Shown piece by piece: positions 1-8,637 of a stretch of DNA of 56,235 nucleotides. Location of the stretch: NCBI GenBank assembly GCA_029856145.1, contig JAHQWK010000006.1, positions 1-56,235 on the forward strand, read 5' to 3'. Below the pieces are notes generated by a model. The model ran no database searches, was not told the origin of the DNA, and saw only the letters and a list, made by a program, of their open reading frames with translations. The translations under genes were made by a program, and so were the position numbers. The first letter of the stretch is position 1. Each line of letters begins with the position of its first letter. The stretch comes from Promethearchaeia archaeon (lineage in GTDB: Archaea > Asgardarchaeota > Lokiarchaeia > Sigyniarchaeales > SOKP01).

Positions 1-69
1 ATAAATCCCTTCTTATAAATTTTAAATATTTAAAATCTAGCGACAATGTTTCATCCTGAAATTTTACAT

Positions 70-792
70 TTATTTCTTTTCTTTCCAGAGAGGATTTGGG
101 AATCCTTTATGATGAATTTTTCCATGACATGAACGACAAATCCTAATAATTTTTTCCGGTTTATATTTTATATGATGGTTAACTTGTACGTCTTTAATTC
201 CACATAGTTCACATAACTTAAAATCTTGAAAATGCTGCGATTTGTATTCTTTCATCTCGTACTCAATTGTTCTACAAACTTCACAATAATTAACTTCAAG
301 GCTTTGATCTATTCCTTCATCGTATAGTTCAATCCAATCTTTTTCCAGAATTCCCCAGTTAACCTCTTGTAATATATCTTCACCACACCGATTACAGTAA
401 CCACTTGGAATTTTATCTAATCCGAACATCCATCCATCTGGTTCACATTCCTCATAAAACGAGACTCTTGGAGAGCATCCAGATCGCTCTAAAAGGATAA
501 ACTCAGGTAAAAATATTTTGAATGGTAAATCAATGAAATAGACCAGTGGACTTGGATCTGACCAAATGGGTACAAGCTCAGTCCCCCTCATATCCGCAAA
601 AACAGCACCTTTAACCTTGAAAATTTGATCATCTCTTGACTTGAATTCAGTCTCAATGGGTTTATAAAACAAGTTAGGCTTTTTACTGCTATCTTTATAT
701 CCAAGTTTTCTTAATTTCTGCCCAGTTTCGATCATCTGATACCAAACTGATTCTTTATATATAGGTCTCCCATCTTTATTTTGTCTAATCAT
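70..792 (-). CDS. HNH endonuclease-domain protein (C-terminal Zn-binding HNH, extra CxxC pairs, uncharacterised N-terminal domain)
   Basis: C-terminal CELC...NHHIKY...CRSCHGKIH is an HNH/McrA-like motif; additional CNRC and CEVC pairs. Confidence 0.7.
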   Translation of the reverse strand: MIRQNKDGRPIYKESVWYQMIETGQKLRKLGYKDSSKKPNLFYKPIETEFKSRDDQIFKVKGAVFADMRGTELVPIWSDPSPLVYFIDLPFKIFLPEFILLERSGCSPRVSFYEECEPDGWMFGLDKIPSGYCNRCGEDILQEVNWGILEKDWIELYDEGIDQSLEVNYCEVCRTIEYEMKEYKSQHFQDFKLCELCGIKDVQVNHHIKYKPEKIIRICRSCHGKIHHKGFPNPLWKEKK

Positions 793-793
793 T

Positions 794-1537
794 CTAAATT
801 TCCCCTAATTCTTTTTTTCTCTTAAAAATATAATGATCCATTCCCCATCCCATATCTGAAATTTCAGGCGGATCTTGTTTTATTGTCATCAATTCCCATC
901 CTTGACTTCCAAAATAATTTAGGATATCAGAAAGATATTTACATATTTCATTGTTATCGTCTATGATGTGATACCATCCTTGACCATTTAATTCATTGAA
1001 TTCATAATAATGCACATATTCTGATTCTGATTCTTTGAAATCGGGAAAGTAAAGTTCCATATAAGGGTTCTTCTCTTTGTAAATCTCCCTGATTTCGATT
1101 TCCTTATATTCCCAGATGTAATTTCCAGTTCCAATCTTTTCAATTTTTTTTTTATAAGACAATTTTTTAATAATGTTAATATCTTTGCAGTCCTGACAAC
1201 ACGTTATTACATTATCCCAATTATGATCATCTTTCAAATATGGATCTTTGAGTCGAATTAATAATTTATTTGGTTCTTTTTTCTTTTGGCAAATCTGACA
1301 TGTATTTTTATCTCTATAAAAGTAATTTTCCTCAAGATCTTTCCTTAATTTAATGATCTTAGGCTTATCTCCTACAATCTCAAAGTAATCTGGATTTCTA
1401 TTAATTCTTTGGACGACTGTATTAGGATCAAGATTCAGACGATCAGCTAATTTTTTATACGTATATGGTCTGAAATTTGTCTTTATATACACATCTATTA
1501 TTTGTCGAATAGACTTAGGTATTTTAGTTTCTAACAT
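794..1537 (-). CDS. Putative winged-HTH + degenerate HNH-like + DUF4177-like fusion protein
   Basis: N-terminal TYKKLADRLNLDPNTVVQRI (HTH); RDKNTCQIC...NWDNVITCCQDC (HNH Zn scaffold, catalytic His not evident); WEYK...LNYFGSQGWELMTI...YIFKR (DUF4177-like pattern). Confidence 0.55.
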   Translation of the reverse strand: MLETKIPKSIRQIIDVYIKTNFRPYTYKKLADRLNLDPNTVVQRINRNPDYFEIVGDKPKIIKLRKDLEENYFYRDKNTCQICQKKKEPNKLLIRLKDPYLKDDHNWDNVITCCQDCKDINIIKKLSYKKKIEKIGTGNYIWEYKEIEIREIYKEKNPYMELYFPDFKESESEYVHYYEFNELNGQGWYHIIDDNNEICKYLSDILNYFGSQGWELMTIKQDPPEISDMGWGMDHYIFKRKKELGEI

Positions 1538-1706
1538 CTTATTATGACTAATTCCTCTATTTTTAAGTATAATAATGAATATCCAATATTTAAATGTAAT
1601 GTAACAATGACATCTATTTAAATCAAGTATGACATTCTACTAATTTAGTTATGATAACTTGTTTTAATAGTATAAGAGGTTTAGTATATTATAGGTGCAA
1701 TATTAA

Positions 1707-3800
1707 ATGAAAGCAGAATTAAAAATAGAAGTAGATGCTAAATTAGAATATTTTGTTGAATTACCTTTTAGCCTTTCATTGCCTACAGGATTATATTCAT
1801 TAAACATTCCAAATCAAATCAAAATTAGAAGAGACATGTATTATTTACAAAAAGGCAATGAACTTGAAAATATTTCAACTTTAGAAAAAATATATCTAAC
1901 TCAAGACCAGCTATTTAATGAAGATGGATTAGTTGATGAATCCTATTCAATTTATCCATACAAAAGAAAAATGAAAACTGTTTTATTCATAAGTTACAAG
2001 GTTCCATTTTTCTTAACGATTGAAAAAGAAGAATTCAGGACCAAATTAGTGAACAGAGAATTAAAAAATAGAGATATTTCATTTCCTCAAGGTCTATTGC
2101 GTTCATTCTATGATAGATTCAAAAATCAATTGAATATTTTTTTAAAATACTATTCCAATTTTTTTCCAATTAATAGTTCAAAGCATATAACTCAACATGA
2201 AATTCGCCCTCTTTCCAACTATGAATTGAGTAAATGTGAATCTGGAATTAACTTAATAATAGAAGATTTCGGGGTTCAATTGCCGCCAATTATTGAAGAT
2301 TCAGGAAATTATTTTGGGATTCCAGAATCTACATTTCTTAATCCTCAAAAGACAAAAGAATTTGAAAACTATATTCTAAATCGGAAAAAAATTCCAATAT
2401 TACCACATCAAGAATTTTTTAGTTTAGCTCGAGTACTCTTTAGAACAAATAAGAGTGATTTGTTATCAAATATTATTCTGAATACTATGACGTCTTTCGA
2501 AGCTATTCTTCATACGCTTGAATCTGAGGATCCGAATTTCATTAAGTTCAAAACGAAAAAGAAAAGGATTTTAAGCTTTTATTTTGATTCTTATAGAAAA
2601 AAGGCTAATCAACGCAAGATGACTCAAAAAGCACAACGAAAATTAGCAATTATTTTGAGAAATTTTATCCCTGAAATTAAACAGTTTCGAAGATCTAGAA
2701 TAGTGATTCAATACTTGAATTTTGGTAGATTAATTAGAAATGAAATCATACATGATGGTATTTTAAGTTTTAATGAAAAAAAAAATCGAATAAGGTTCAA
2801 TTTCGTAATGCTGAATAAGAATATAAAAAGAAGATTAGGGATTAATATTAAAGTTTGGTGGAATTACGTATTAAATGCCTATGATGCTTTTAACCAACAC
2901 ATATTACAGTTGAAATATCCCTCAATAAACTGGGATCTTTCAAGTAGTTATAAAAAAACTCATATTGCTACATCAACTCAAAAATCTGAAGGAAAATCAG
3001 TTCTAGTGATCCCAAATTATGATTGGAGAGAAGTTGATTCACATAATATTGAATTGCCTAAATTTGCAGTTCCACCTGAAAAATTCCCAGTTGGTATCCT
3101 TACCATCGATAATAAACTAATTAATCTAAATATTGATTATTCAAGGGGTAAATATGAACTAGTATCCCAAAAATATGTAAATGGTGAAAAATTTTTTGCT
3201 GAATGGATAATTTTCAAATTTGATTTTACCTATGATGAATTTAAGCATCATTTCAAAGAGAAATCATTGAATATAGTAATTGATCGAGAAAATCAATTTT
3301 ATATTTTTAGAAGTTGTTTGAACTGTGATTTTATTATTCCAGTTCATAGGAATATTCAGTATAAAAATAATTCCTGTCCTAAATGCAAATCTAAAATTAA
3401 CCTTGAAACATATCAAAAGGAAGCTTTAACTGCTCTTTTTGTTAATGCGTTTAATAAAAAAAAATACAGGTATGCATTAAAGTACGGTAAAAATGCACTA
3501 AATATTGACCAAAACGATCCAAATTTATGGAATGATATTGGTATTACTTATCTAAAACTTAAAAATTTTGATCAAGCAATTTTAAGTTTTGAACAATCAA
3601 GGAAAATTGATAAATCTTTACCAGATCCTTATTACAATCTAAGTTGCTCGTATTCATTAAAAAAGGATACAGATTCCGCTTTAAAATATCTTCAGAAGGC
3701 CATAAAGCTCAATCCAGAATTTAAAAATAAGGCTCTAAAAGATCCTGATTTCGATAACATTAGGGATACAGCTAAATTTATAATTTTATTAAAGAAATAA
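1707..3800 (+). CDS. Multidomain protein: putative HEPN-like domain, Zn ribbon, C-terminal TPR repeats
   Basis: TSFEAIL helix followed by RNEIIH (RxxxxH); CLNC...CPKC; TPR repeats LWNDIGITYLKLKNFDQAI and YYNLSCSYSL...DPDFDNIR. Confidence 0.55.
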   Translation: MKAELKIEVDAKLEYFVELPFSLSLPTGLYSLNIPNQIKIRRDMYYLQKGNELENISTLEKIYLTQDQLFNEDGLVDESYSIYPYKRKMKTVLFISYKVPFFLTIEKEEFRTKLVNRELKNRDISFPQGLLRSFYDRFKNQLNIFLKYYSNFFPINSSKHITQHEIRPLSNYELSKCESGINLIIEDFGVQLPPIIEDSGNYFGIPESTFLNPQKTKEFENYILNRKKIPILPHQEFFSLARVLFRTNKSDLLSNIILNTMTSFEAILHTLESEDPNFIKFKTKKKRILSFYFDSYRKKANQRKMTQKAQRKLAIILRNFIPEIKQFRRSRIVIQYLNFGRLIRNEIIHDGILSFNEKKNRIRFNFVMLNKNIKRRLGINIKVWWNYVLNAYDAFNQHILQLKYPSINWDLSSSYKKTHIATSTQKSEGKSVLVIPNYDWREVDSHNIELPKFAVPPEKFPVGILTIDNKLINLNIDYSRGKYELVSQKYVNGEKFFAEWIIFKFDFTYDEFKHHFKEKSLNIVIDRENQFYIFRSCLNCDFIIPVHRNIQYKNNSCPKCKSKINLETYQKEALTALFVNAFNKKKYRYALKYGKNALNIDQNDPNLWNDIGITYLKLKNFDQAILSFEQSRKIDKSLPDPYYNLSCSYSLKKDTDSALKYLQKAIKLNPEFKNKALKDPDFDNIRDTAKFIILLKK

Positions 3801-3859
3801 GTCTTTTTTGCATTATCTTGAAGTTTACTAGGCTTCTAGAAAGAATTTCTTAATTTTTC

Positions 3860-3912
3860 GCTGAAATCCCGAGGGTAATGGAAGATAAAGGCTATTATGA
3901 CTGGGTTTCAGC
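3860..3912. other. Intergenic stem-loop followed by a long T tract (possible terminator, small structured RNA or repeat remnant)
   Basis: GCTGAAATCC pairs with GGGTTTCAGC; inner GTAATGG/CTATTAT stem; poly-T at about 3933-3960. Confidence 0.35.
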
Positions 3913-4095
3913 AAATTTGAAACGTTAGATTATTTTTTTTTCTTTTTTTTTTAGCTTTTTAAAGTCATAATTCAAAATTCAAAATATTTAGAATTTTATA
4001 AATATAAGATAATAATAATTTATTTTGAAGTACATTTAAATTCTCAATTGTGATAATAAAGTAAGAAAGGTCTTTATTTTTTTAAGGAGATATTT

Positions 4096-4797
4096 GTGGA
4101 GATACTAAGTGAAGACAGATTAGATAATTTGATATTGTACTCAGAACAACGATTACAATATTTAGCGCATGACCAAATTTGGAAGGGAAAAGGAACAGAA
4201 AGTGATCCTTTTGTTATTGAAAATGCTAATATTCTCGGTCAAGCCATTTTAATAAAGAAATCGTCTTTGTATATTTCTTTTATAAACTGTAACTTTGATC
4301 ATGCTCAATTTGAGGCATGTAAAAATATTTTGTTGAAGGATTGTACATTTGAAACATTATCTTTAAGTAAATCAATGAAATTTAAAATTTATAATTGCTA
4401 CATATCTGATTTAAAATTTTCAAGGACAAAAGAAATTGTTATTAAAAAAACTGTGATTTTTGATGTTCCTACTAAATTTAGAATTAAAAACATAATTTTT
4501 GAAGATTGTCAAATTAATAATGAATTTTTGGATTATGTATTAAGAAAGAAGCTTGGTGGGTTTTATTCAAAAATTAAAGAAATTATTGTATCTTTCATAA
4601 TAATAATAATCTTATTTATTTTTTATAGGCTCTTTTGGGCCACCTATGCTTTAAATTACTCAGATGTTAAAAGCCTATTTTTAATTGTTAGTGTAATTAT
4701 TGTATTACTAATAATTTTATGTTTTTCTTCATTTTATGAATACTTAGCTAAAAGGAAAGTTCCAAAAATAATTATCTCAGAGAGTAAAAAAATCTAA
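4096..4797 (+). CDS. Hypothetical membrane protein with short beta-helix/pentapeptide-like region
   Basis: GKGTESDPFVIEN motif, repeated F.NC.F/I.NC.I units, two C-terminal hydrophobic helices; GTG start after AAGGAG. Confidence 0.55.
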   Translation: MEILSEDRLDNLILYSEQRLQYLAHDQIWKGKGTESDPFVIENANILGQAILIKKSSLYISFINCNFDHAQFEACKNILLKDCTFETLSLSKSMKFKIYNCYISDLKFSRTKEIVIKKTVIFDVPTKFRIKNIIFEDCQINNEFLDYVLRKKLGGFYSKIKEIIVSFIIIIILFIFYRLFWATYALNYSDVKSLFLIVSVIIVLLIILCFSSFYEYLAKRKVPKIIISESKKI

Positions 4798-4801
4798 TAC
4801 T

Positions 4802-5131
4802 CTACTCTTGGTAGCTTTCGAAGCATTTCCATGAGTCAACAAGTAATTGGTATTCGAAGTATTCATCATGTATTTTAGATCTTGGATTCTTACGCTTACT
4901 TTCTGTTTTTATCAATTTACCAATGATTTCAATTTTATCTGCGCAAGAAATTGAATCCTTAGTATATATTACAATTTGATAACCATCATGTAGATCGAAG
5001 TAATTCATATACGGATGGGAATCTATAAAAACAGTAAGATGTTGCCATATTTCTTTAGCTAATATTCCTATAATTTTAACAGTTTTTCCTACATTACCTT
5101 CAAAATTAGAATATTTGGTAATGGTAATCAT
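4802..5131 (-). CDS. Hypothetical protein (possible OB-fold)
   Basis: Clean 109-aa ORF; VGKTVKIIG...KIEIIGKL beta-strand pattern. Confidence 0.5.
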   Translation of the reverse strand: MITITKYSNFEGNVGKTVKIIGILAKEIWQHLTVFIDSHPYMNYFDLHDGYQIVIYTKDSISCADKIEIIGKLIKTESKRKNPRSKIHDEYFEYQLLVDSWKCFESYQE

Positions 5132-5270
5132 AGTTGTGATTATTTTAAGAAATTCTAATTTATAACATCTATTTTCTTAAATAATTAATCTTGATTTTAG
5201 ATTTTTAAGAATCTGCTATTATGAAAACACTTAAAAGAATAAGATAAAAAAGAACTTGTTAAAATTTGAT

Positions 5271-5498
5271 TTATGCTTTCTCGATTTTCAAATAATAATT
5301 TTCTGCTTCTTTTTTATATTCCAAAATCTTATCTTCACGCTTATCTAAATATCGCTTAATATTTTCTCCTGCTTCTCCATAATCACCTGTTACTTCAAGA
5401 ATTTCTCCACTTTGCATCTCAAGTAGCTGTCTCTTAGTTTTAGCCACAGGCATTGGACAAACAAGTCCAGAACAATCTAATTTATATAAATCTGGCAT
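5271..5498 (-). CDS. tusA: Sulfur carrier protein, TusA/SirA family
   Basis: LDCSGLVCPMPV (CPxP motif), GEILEVTGD, 75 aa. Confidence 0.9.
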   Translation of the reverse strand: MPDLYKLDCSGLVCPMPVAKTKRQLLEMQSGEILEVTGDYGEAGENIKRYLDKREDKILEYKKEAENYYLKIEKA

Positions 5499-5521
5499 TT
5501 TTTAATCACTCTCTTTCATAA

Positions 5522-5881
5522 TTAGGTAAATAGAACGTTATCCGCTTCTTCACACATTTCAACAAATCCATGCATCGTTGTTTTTTCAATTCCATCCATT
5601 AACTCATCTTCAACCATTCCACGTGCTTTCATACACACGCCACATGCTTTCACATTTGCTCCTTCAGAAATTACATCTTTCATCCAATTTGCTATATTAT
5701 CATAAGTAGACGGATTTTGATTCTTTTTCCCTACAAAAATTCCATCTTCTACTAAAAATATATTAACTTTATGTTCTTCTAATAATGCTGTATAGGCAAA
5801 TCTTAACATAGTGTAAGGGCGTTCCTTAGTGTATGCACCATCTCCGATAACAATGGTAAAAACCTTCCTTTTTTCAGTCAT
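5522..5881 (-). CDS. DsrE/DsrF/TusD-family sulfurtransferase
   Basis: IFLVEDGIF, ACGVCMKARG with the conserved DsrE Cys; next to tusA. Confidence 0.85.
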   Translation of the reverse strand: MTEKRKVFTIVIGDGAYTKERPYTMLRFAYTALLEEHKVNIFLVEDGIFVGKKNQNPSTYDNIANWMKDVISEGANVKACGVCMKARGMVEDELMDGIEKTTMHGFVEMCEEADNVLFT

Positions 5882-6057
5882 AGTTAATTATCTCTATTAA
5901 ATTTAAGTTTAAAATAGGTCCTCGATTTGTAATTACACAAAAATTAGATTATTTAATAATTTTTTCGTAATTATCTATTAAAAAAATTGATAAATAAGAA
6001 AAGAGTTATTATCTTATATTTAAATAGAATATGATATCTTTCAAGCGGATTTAATGT

Positions 6058-6957
6058 ATGAATCTTGAATACTTAAGAAACTTTGTTAAATTGACACAAT
6101 ATAAGAGTTTTTCAAAATTAGCAAAAGAGCTTCCTATCTCACAAAGCACATTATCACATCAAATATCTCAATTAGAAAAAGCTTTTGGAGGAGTTGTGCT
6201 AATTAATAGAACTACAAAGAAATTTGAGTTAACAAAAGCTGGTAACCTTTTACTTAAACATGCTCAACAGATAATAGAGATATACGATAGTTGTAGATTA
6301 GAAATCTCCAAATTTATTGATCAACTAGAAGAAGATATTATTATATCCGCCTCAACAATTCCCGGTTCTCATATTTTGCCGCGATATATAGCAGATTTTA
6401 GAAATAAAAACCCAATCATAAATTTCAAAATACTGATTAATAACTCTCAAAAATCTTTAGAGAATTTGGAAAAGGGAACCGCAGATTTCGCAGGCATTGG
6501 CAGTTTTATGAGTTATAATGAGAGAGATTTTGATTACATTAAAATAGGAGAAGATGAATTTAAATTTATATGTTCACCTAACCATGAATTATTAAAAAAT
6601 GAAAAAGATGCTGCAAATTTTGATGATCTTCTTAAATTTCCTTTTGTATGGAGAGAAAAAGGCTCTGGAATGAGATATACATTTAAACAACAATTTCCAG
6701 ATTATAAAAAGTTGGATATTGAATTAGAGATAAATGATAATGATTCAATCATTTCTACTGTTAGTGAATCTAACTACATTGGTATTATGAGCGATATAAT
6801 GGCTGATAAAGCAGAATCAGCCGGATTAATTAAATCTTTGAAAATTAGAAATTATCCTGTTATCGATAAAAGACCATTATACTTTGTTAAACTAAAACAA
6901 AAACAATTAAGTCAGTTAAAAAAGAAATTTTGGGATGAGATAGGATCAAATTTCTAA
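6058..6957 (+). CDS. LysR-family transcriptional regulator (CysL-like / selenium-sulfur metabolism-associated type)
   Basis: SFSKLAKELPISQSTLSHQISQLE HTH; ASTIPGSHILP and WREKGSGMR substrate-binding motifs; divergent from dsrE-tusA. Confidence 0.88.
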   Translation: MNLEYLRNFVKLTQYKSFSKLAKELPISQSTLSHQISQLEKAFGGVVLINRTTKKFELTKAGNLLLKHAQQIIEIYDSCRLEISKFIDQLEEDIIISASTIPGSHILPRYIADFRNKNPIINFKILINNSQKSLENLEKGTADFAGIGSFMSYNERDFDYIKIGEDEFKFICSPNHELLKNEKDAANFDDLLKFPFVWREKGSGMRYTFKQQFPDYKKLDIELEINDNDSIISTVSESNYIGIMSDIMADKAESAGLIKSLKIRNYPVIDKRPLYFVKLKQKQLSQLKKKFWDEIGSNF

Positions 6958-6992
6958 AAAATGAAAAAATTAAGAATAGATAATAAAACAAT

Positions 6993-8444
6993 TTACTTTA
7001 TCAAAACACCAGCTTGATCAAAGTTGAGAAACGCACTTATTTTTTCTTTTAGAGGGTATATCCCTTCTTTTAGAAGAATCACTAGAAAGAACGCGATAAA
7101 TACAATCGAGCCTAAACCAGGAGCAAATCCACTTAAAATATCTATGAAACTAGATGTAGGGTCCCAAGAGAAAAAAGTATAAACTAAAGAAAACCCAGCT
7201 ATTAAAATTGAGATAAAAGATATTATTGCTGCTGTTCTTTTACTGAGATTTAAATGTATTGGTCCAAGTTCAAGTCGGAAATATTTCGGTTGTACGATTA
7301 TTGATAAGATTGTGTGGCTGATCACTTTATCCTCAAATTCTATGTATACATTTAAGAATCTTCTCTCACTTTCTTTCTTCTTCTTTTTCTTATCTTTGGA
7401 TTTCAAGGGCATAATTGAAAAAATCATGACTGGAGGATTTACCGCATCCTTTTTTACTTCCACTTTTCCATATATTGGATGTACCTCAAAACCCTCACCT
7501 TCAATTTTAAGGTCAAGAACAGGAGGTTCTTTCTTAGTTGTTACTATCGTAAATGTAGTTTCATAAACAGTTTTGCCCTCTTCGTCAACAATCTTCAATT
7601 CTTTATGTGAGAAATACACATAAAACAGATAGCTTCTCTGTTGCATCATAACAGAATAGTATTGAAGCCCCATATTAATCTCATATACGATTGGTTGAGG
7701 TTCTTCAGGAACAACTATAGAAGGTGCAAGCGTGGGTTTTGGTGGTGGAGCACCAAAACTAGCTAACTCATCTGAAGGAGGACCGCTAGAAGGTGGAGAT
7801 GGAGGTGGAGGAGCTGTTGTAGATTCAGGAGATCTAGCGGGAGCACCACCACCAGGAGGAGTTGGTTTCTTAGTACTAGGATCAGGTGAAGGTAATGCTC
7901 GGGACTTTTTTTTAGCTTTTGGAGCTTCCTGCAATCTCCTAGAATCTTCCCTTTCCCTAATATCTCTTTTTAATACTTTCTCTTCCTCAAATGCTTCTTC
8001 TTTATATTTTACATCATCATCCATTGATGACAATATTTCATAATCTTCATCATACATTTCTTCCTCTTCAGGCTCAAAAATTTCATCTATCTGTTTTTCT
8101 GCAATTTTGTCTTTTGTTTCAAGCTTCCCCTTTTTTTTTTCCAGTGTTTCCTCTTTTTTTTCTGGTTTCTTTTTCTTCAATAATTTAAGATGTTTAAGTT
8201 TCATTGTTTCAGGGATTTTGGTATTACTAACAAAATCTATGATATATAGATCATTGCGTTCTATTTGAATTTCTTTTAAAGATGCAAAGATATCATCTAA
8301 AATCTTGCTAATCCTTGTCGATTTCTTATAAATCCCAACAAACATGAAATCTAAAATCTCTGCAGAGAAAATATTAGTTTTTTTATCATAGAATATCCTA
8401 TTAGTTGGAATTTCAAGGCTAGAAATACTTTTTAAAGATTCCAT
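6993..8444 (-). CDS. Hypothetical membrane-anchored protein with charged and proline-rich low-complexity regions
   Basis: K/E-rich tract, PPPGGGAP...APPPPSPPSSGPPS...APPPKP, a beta-rich domain, two C-terminal TM helices. Confidence 0.7.
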   Translation of the reverse strand: MESLKSISSLEIPTNRIFYDKKTNIFSAEILDFMFVGIYKKSTRISKILDDIFASLKEIQIERNDLYIIDFVSNTKIPETMKLKHLKLLKKKKPEKKEETLEKKKGKLETKDKIAEKQIDEIFEPEEEEMYDEDYEILSSMDDDVKYKEEAFEEEKVLKRDIREREDSRRLQEAPKAKKKSRALPSPDPSTKKPTPPGGGAPARSPESTTAPPPPSPPSSGPPSDELASFGAPPPKPTLAPSIVVPEEPQPIVYEINMGLQYYSVMMQQRSYLFYVYFSHKELKIVDEEGKTVYETTFTIVTTKKEPPVLDLKIEGEGFEVHPIYGKVEVKKDAVNPPVMIFSIMPLKSKDKKKKKKESERRFLNVYIEFEDKVISHTILSIIVQPKYFRLELGPIHLNLSKRTAAIISFISILIAGFSLVYTFFSWDPTSSFIDILSGFAPGLGSIVFIAFFLVILLKEGIYPLKEKISAFLNFDQAGVLIK

Positions 8445-8637
8445 TTTCGATATAACCTTTTTTTTACTTAAATGAAGTTTAATTAAGTTTTAATAATTAA
8501 GAATTGACTTTTTATAAGTTTTTATAATGATATAATACCTAATATAGTTATCAACTTATTTATATTGAAGAGTCTTTAAGATTAATTAAGATTCCAATCT
8601 AAATACAAATAAGTAATAAAAAGAATATGGGATAAAT

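Larger units (their letters stand above)
5022..5881 (-). other. Same-strand cluster: DsrE-family gene, tusA and start of the downstream hypothetical gene (possible co-transcription of DsrE-tusA)
   Basis: DsrE and tusA are separated by only 23 nt on the minus strand, divergent from the LysR gene. Confidence 0.3.

Noticed and set aside
3860-3912. SECIS element
   Set aside because: It lacks a proper AUGA/GA core register, and the upstream gene ends in TAA with no in-frame TGA.
7312-8188. Plus-strand ORFs 7312-7566, 7732-8043 and 7991-8188
   Set aside because: Antisense shadows of the low-complexity gene 6993-8444.
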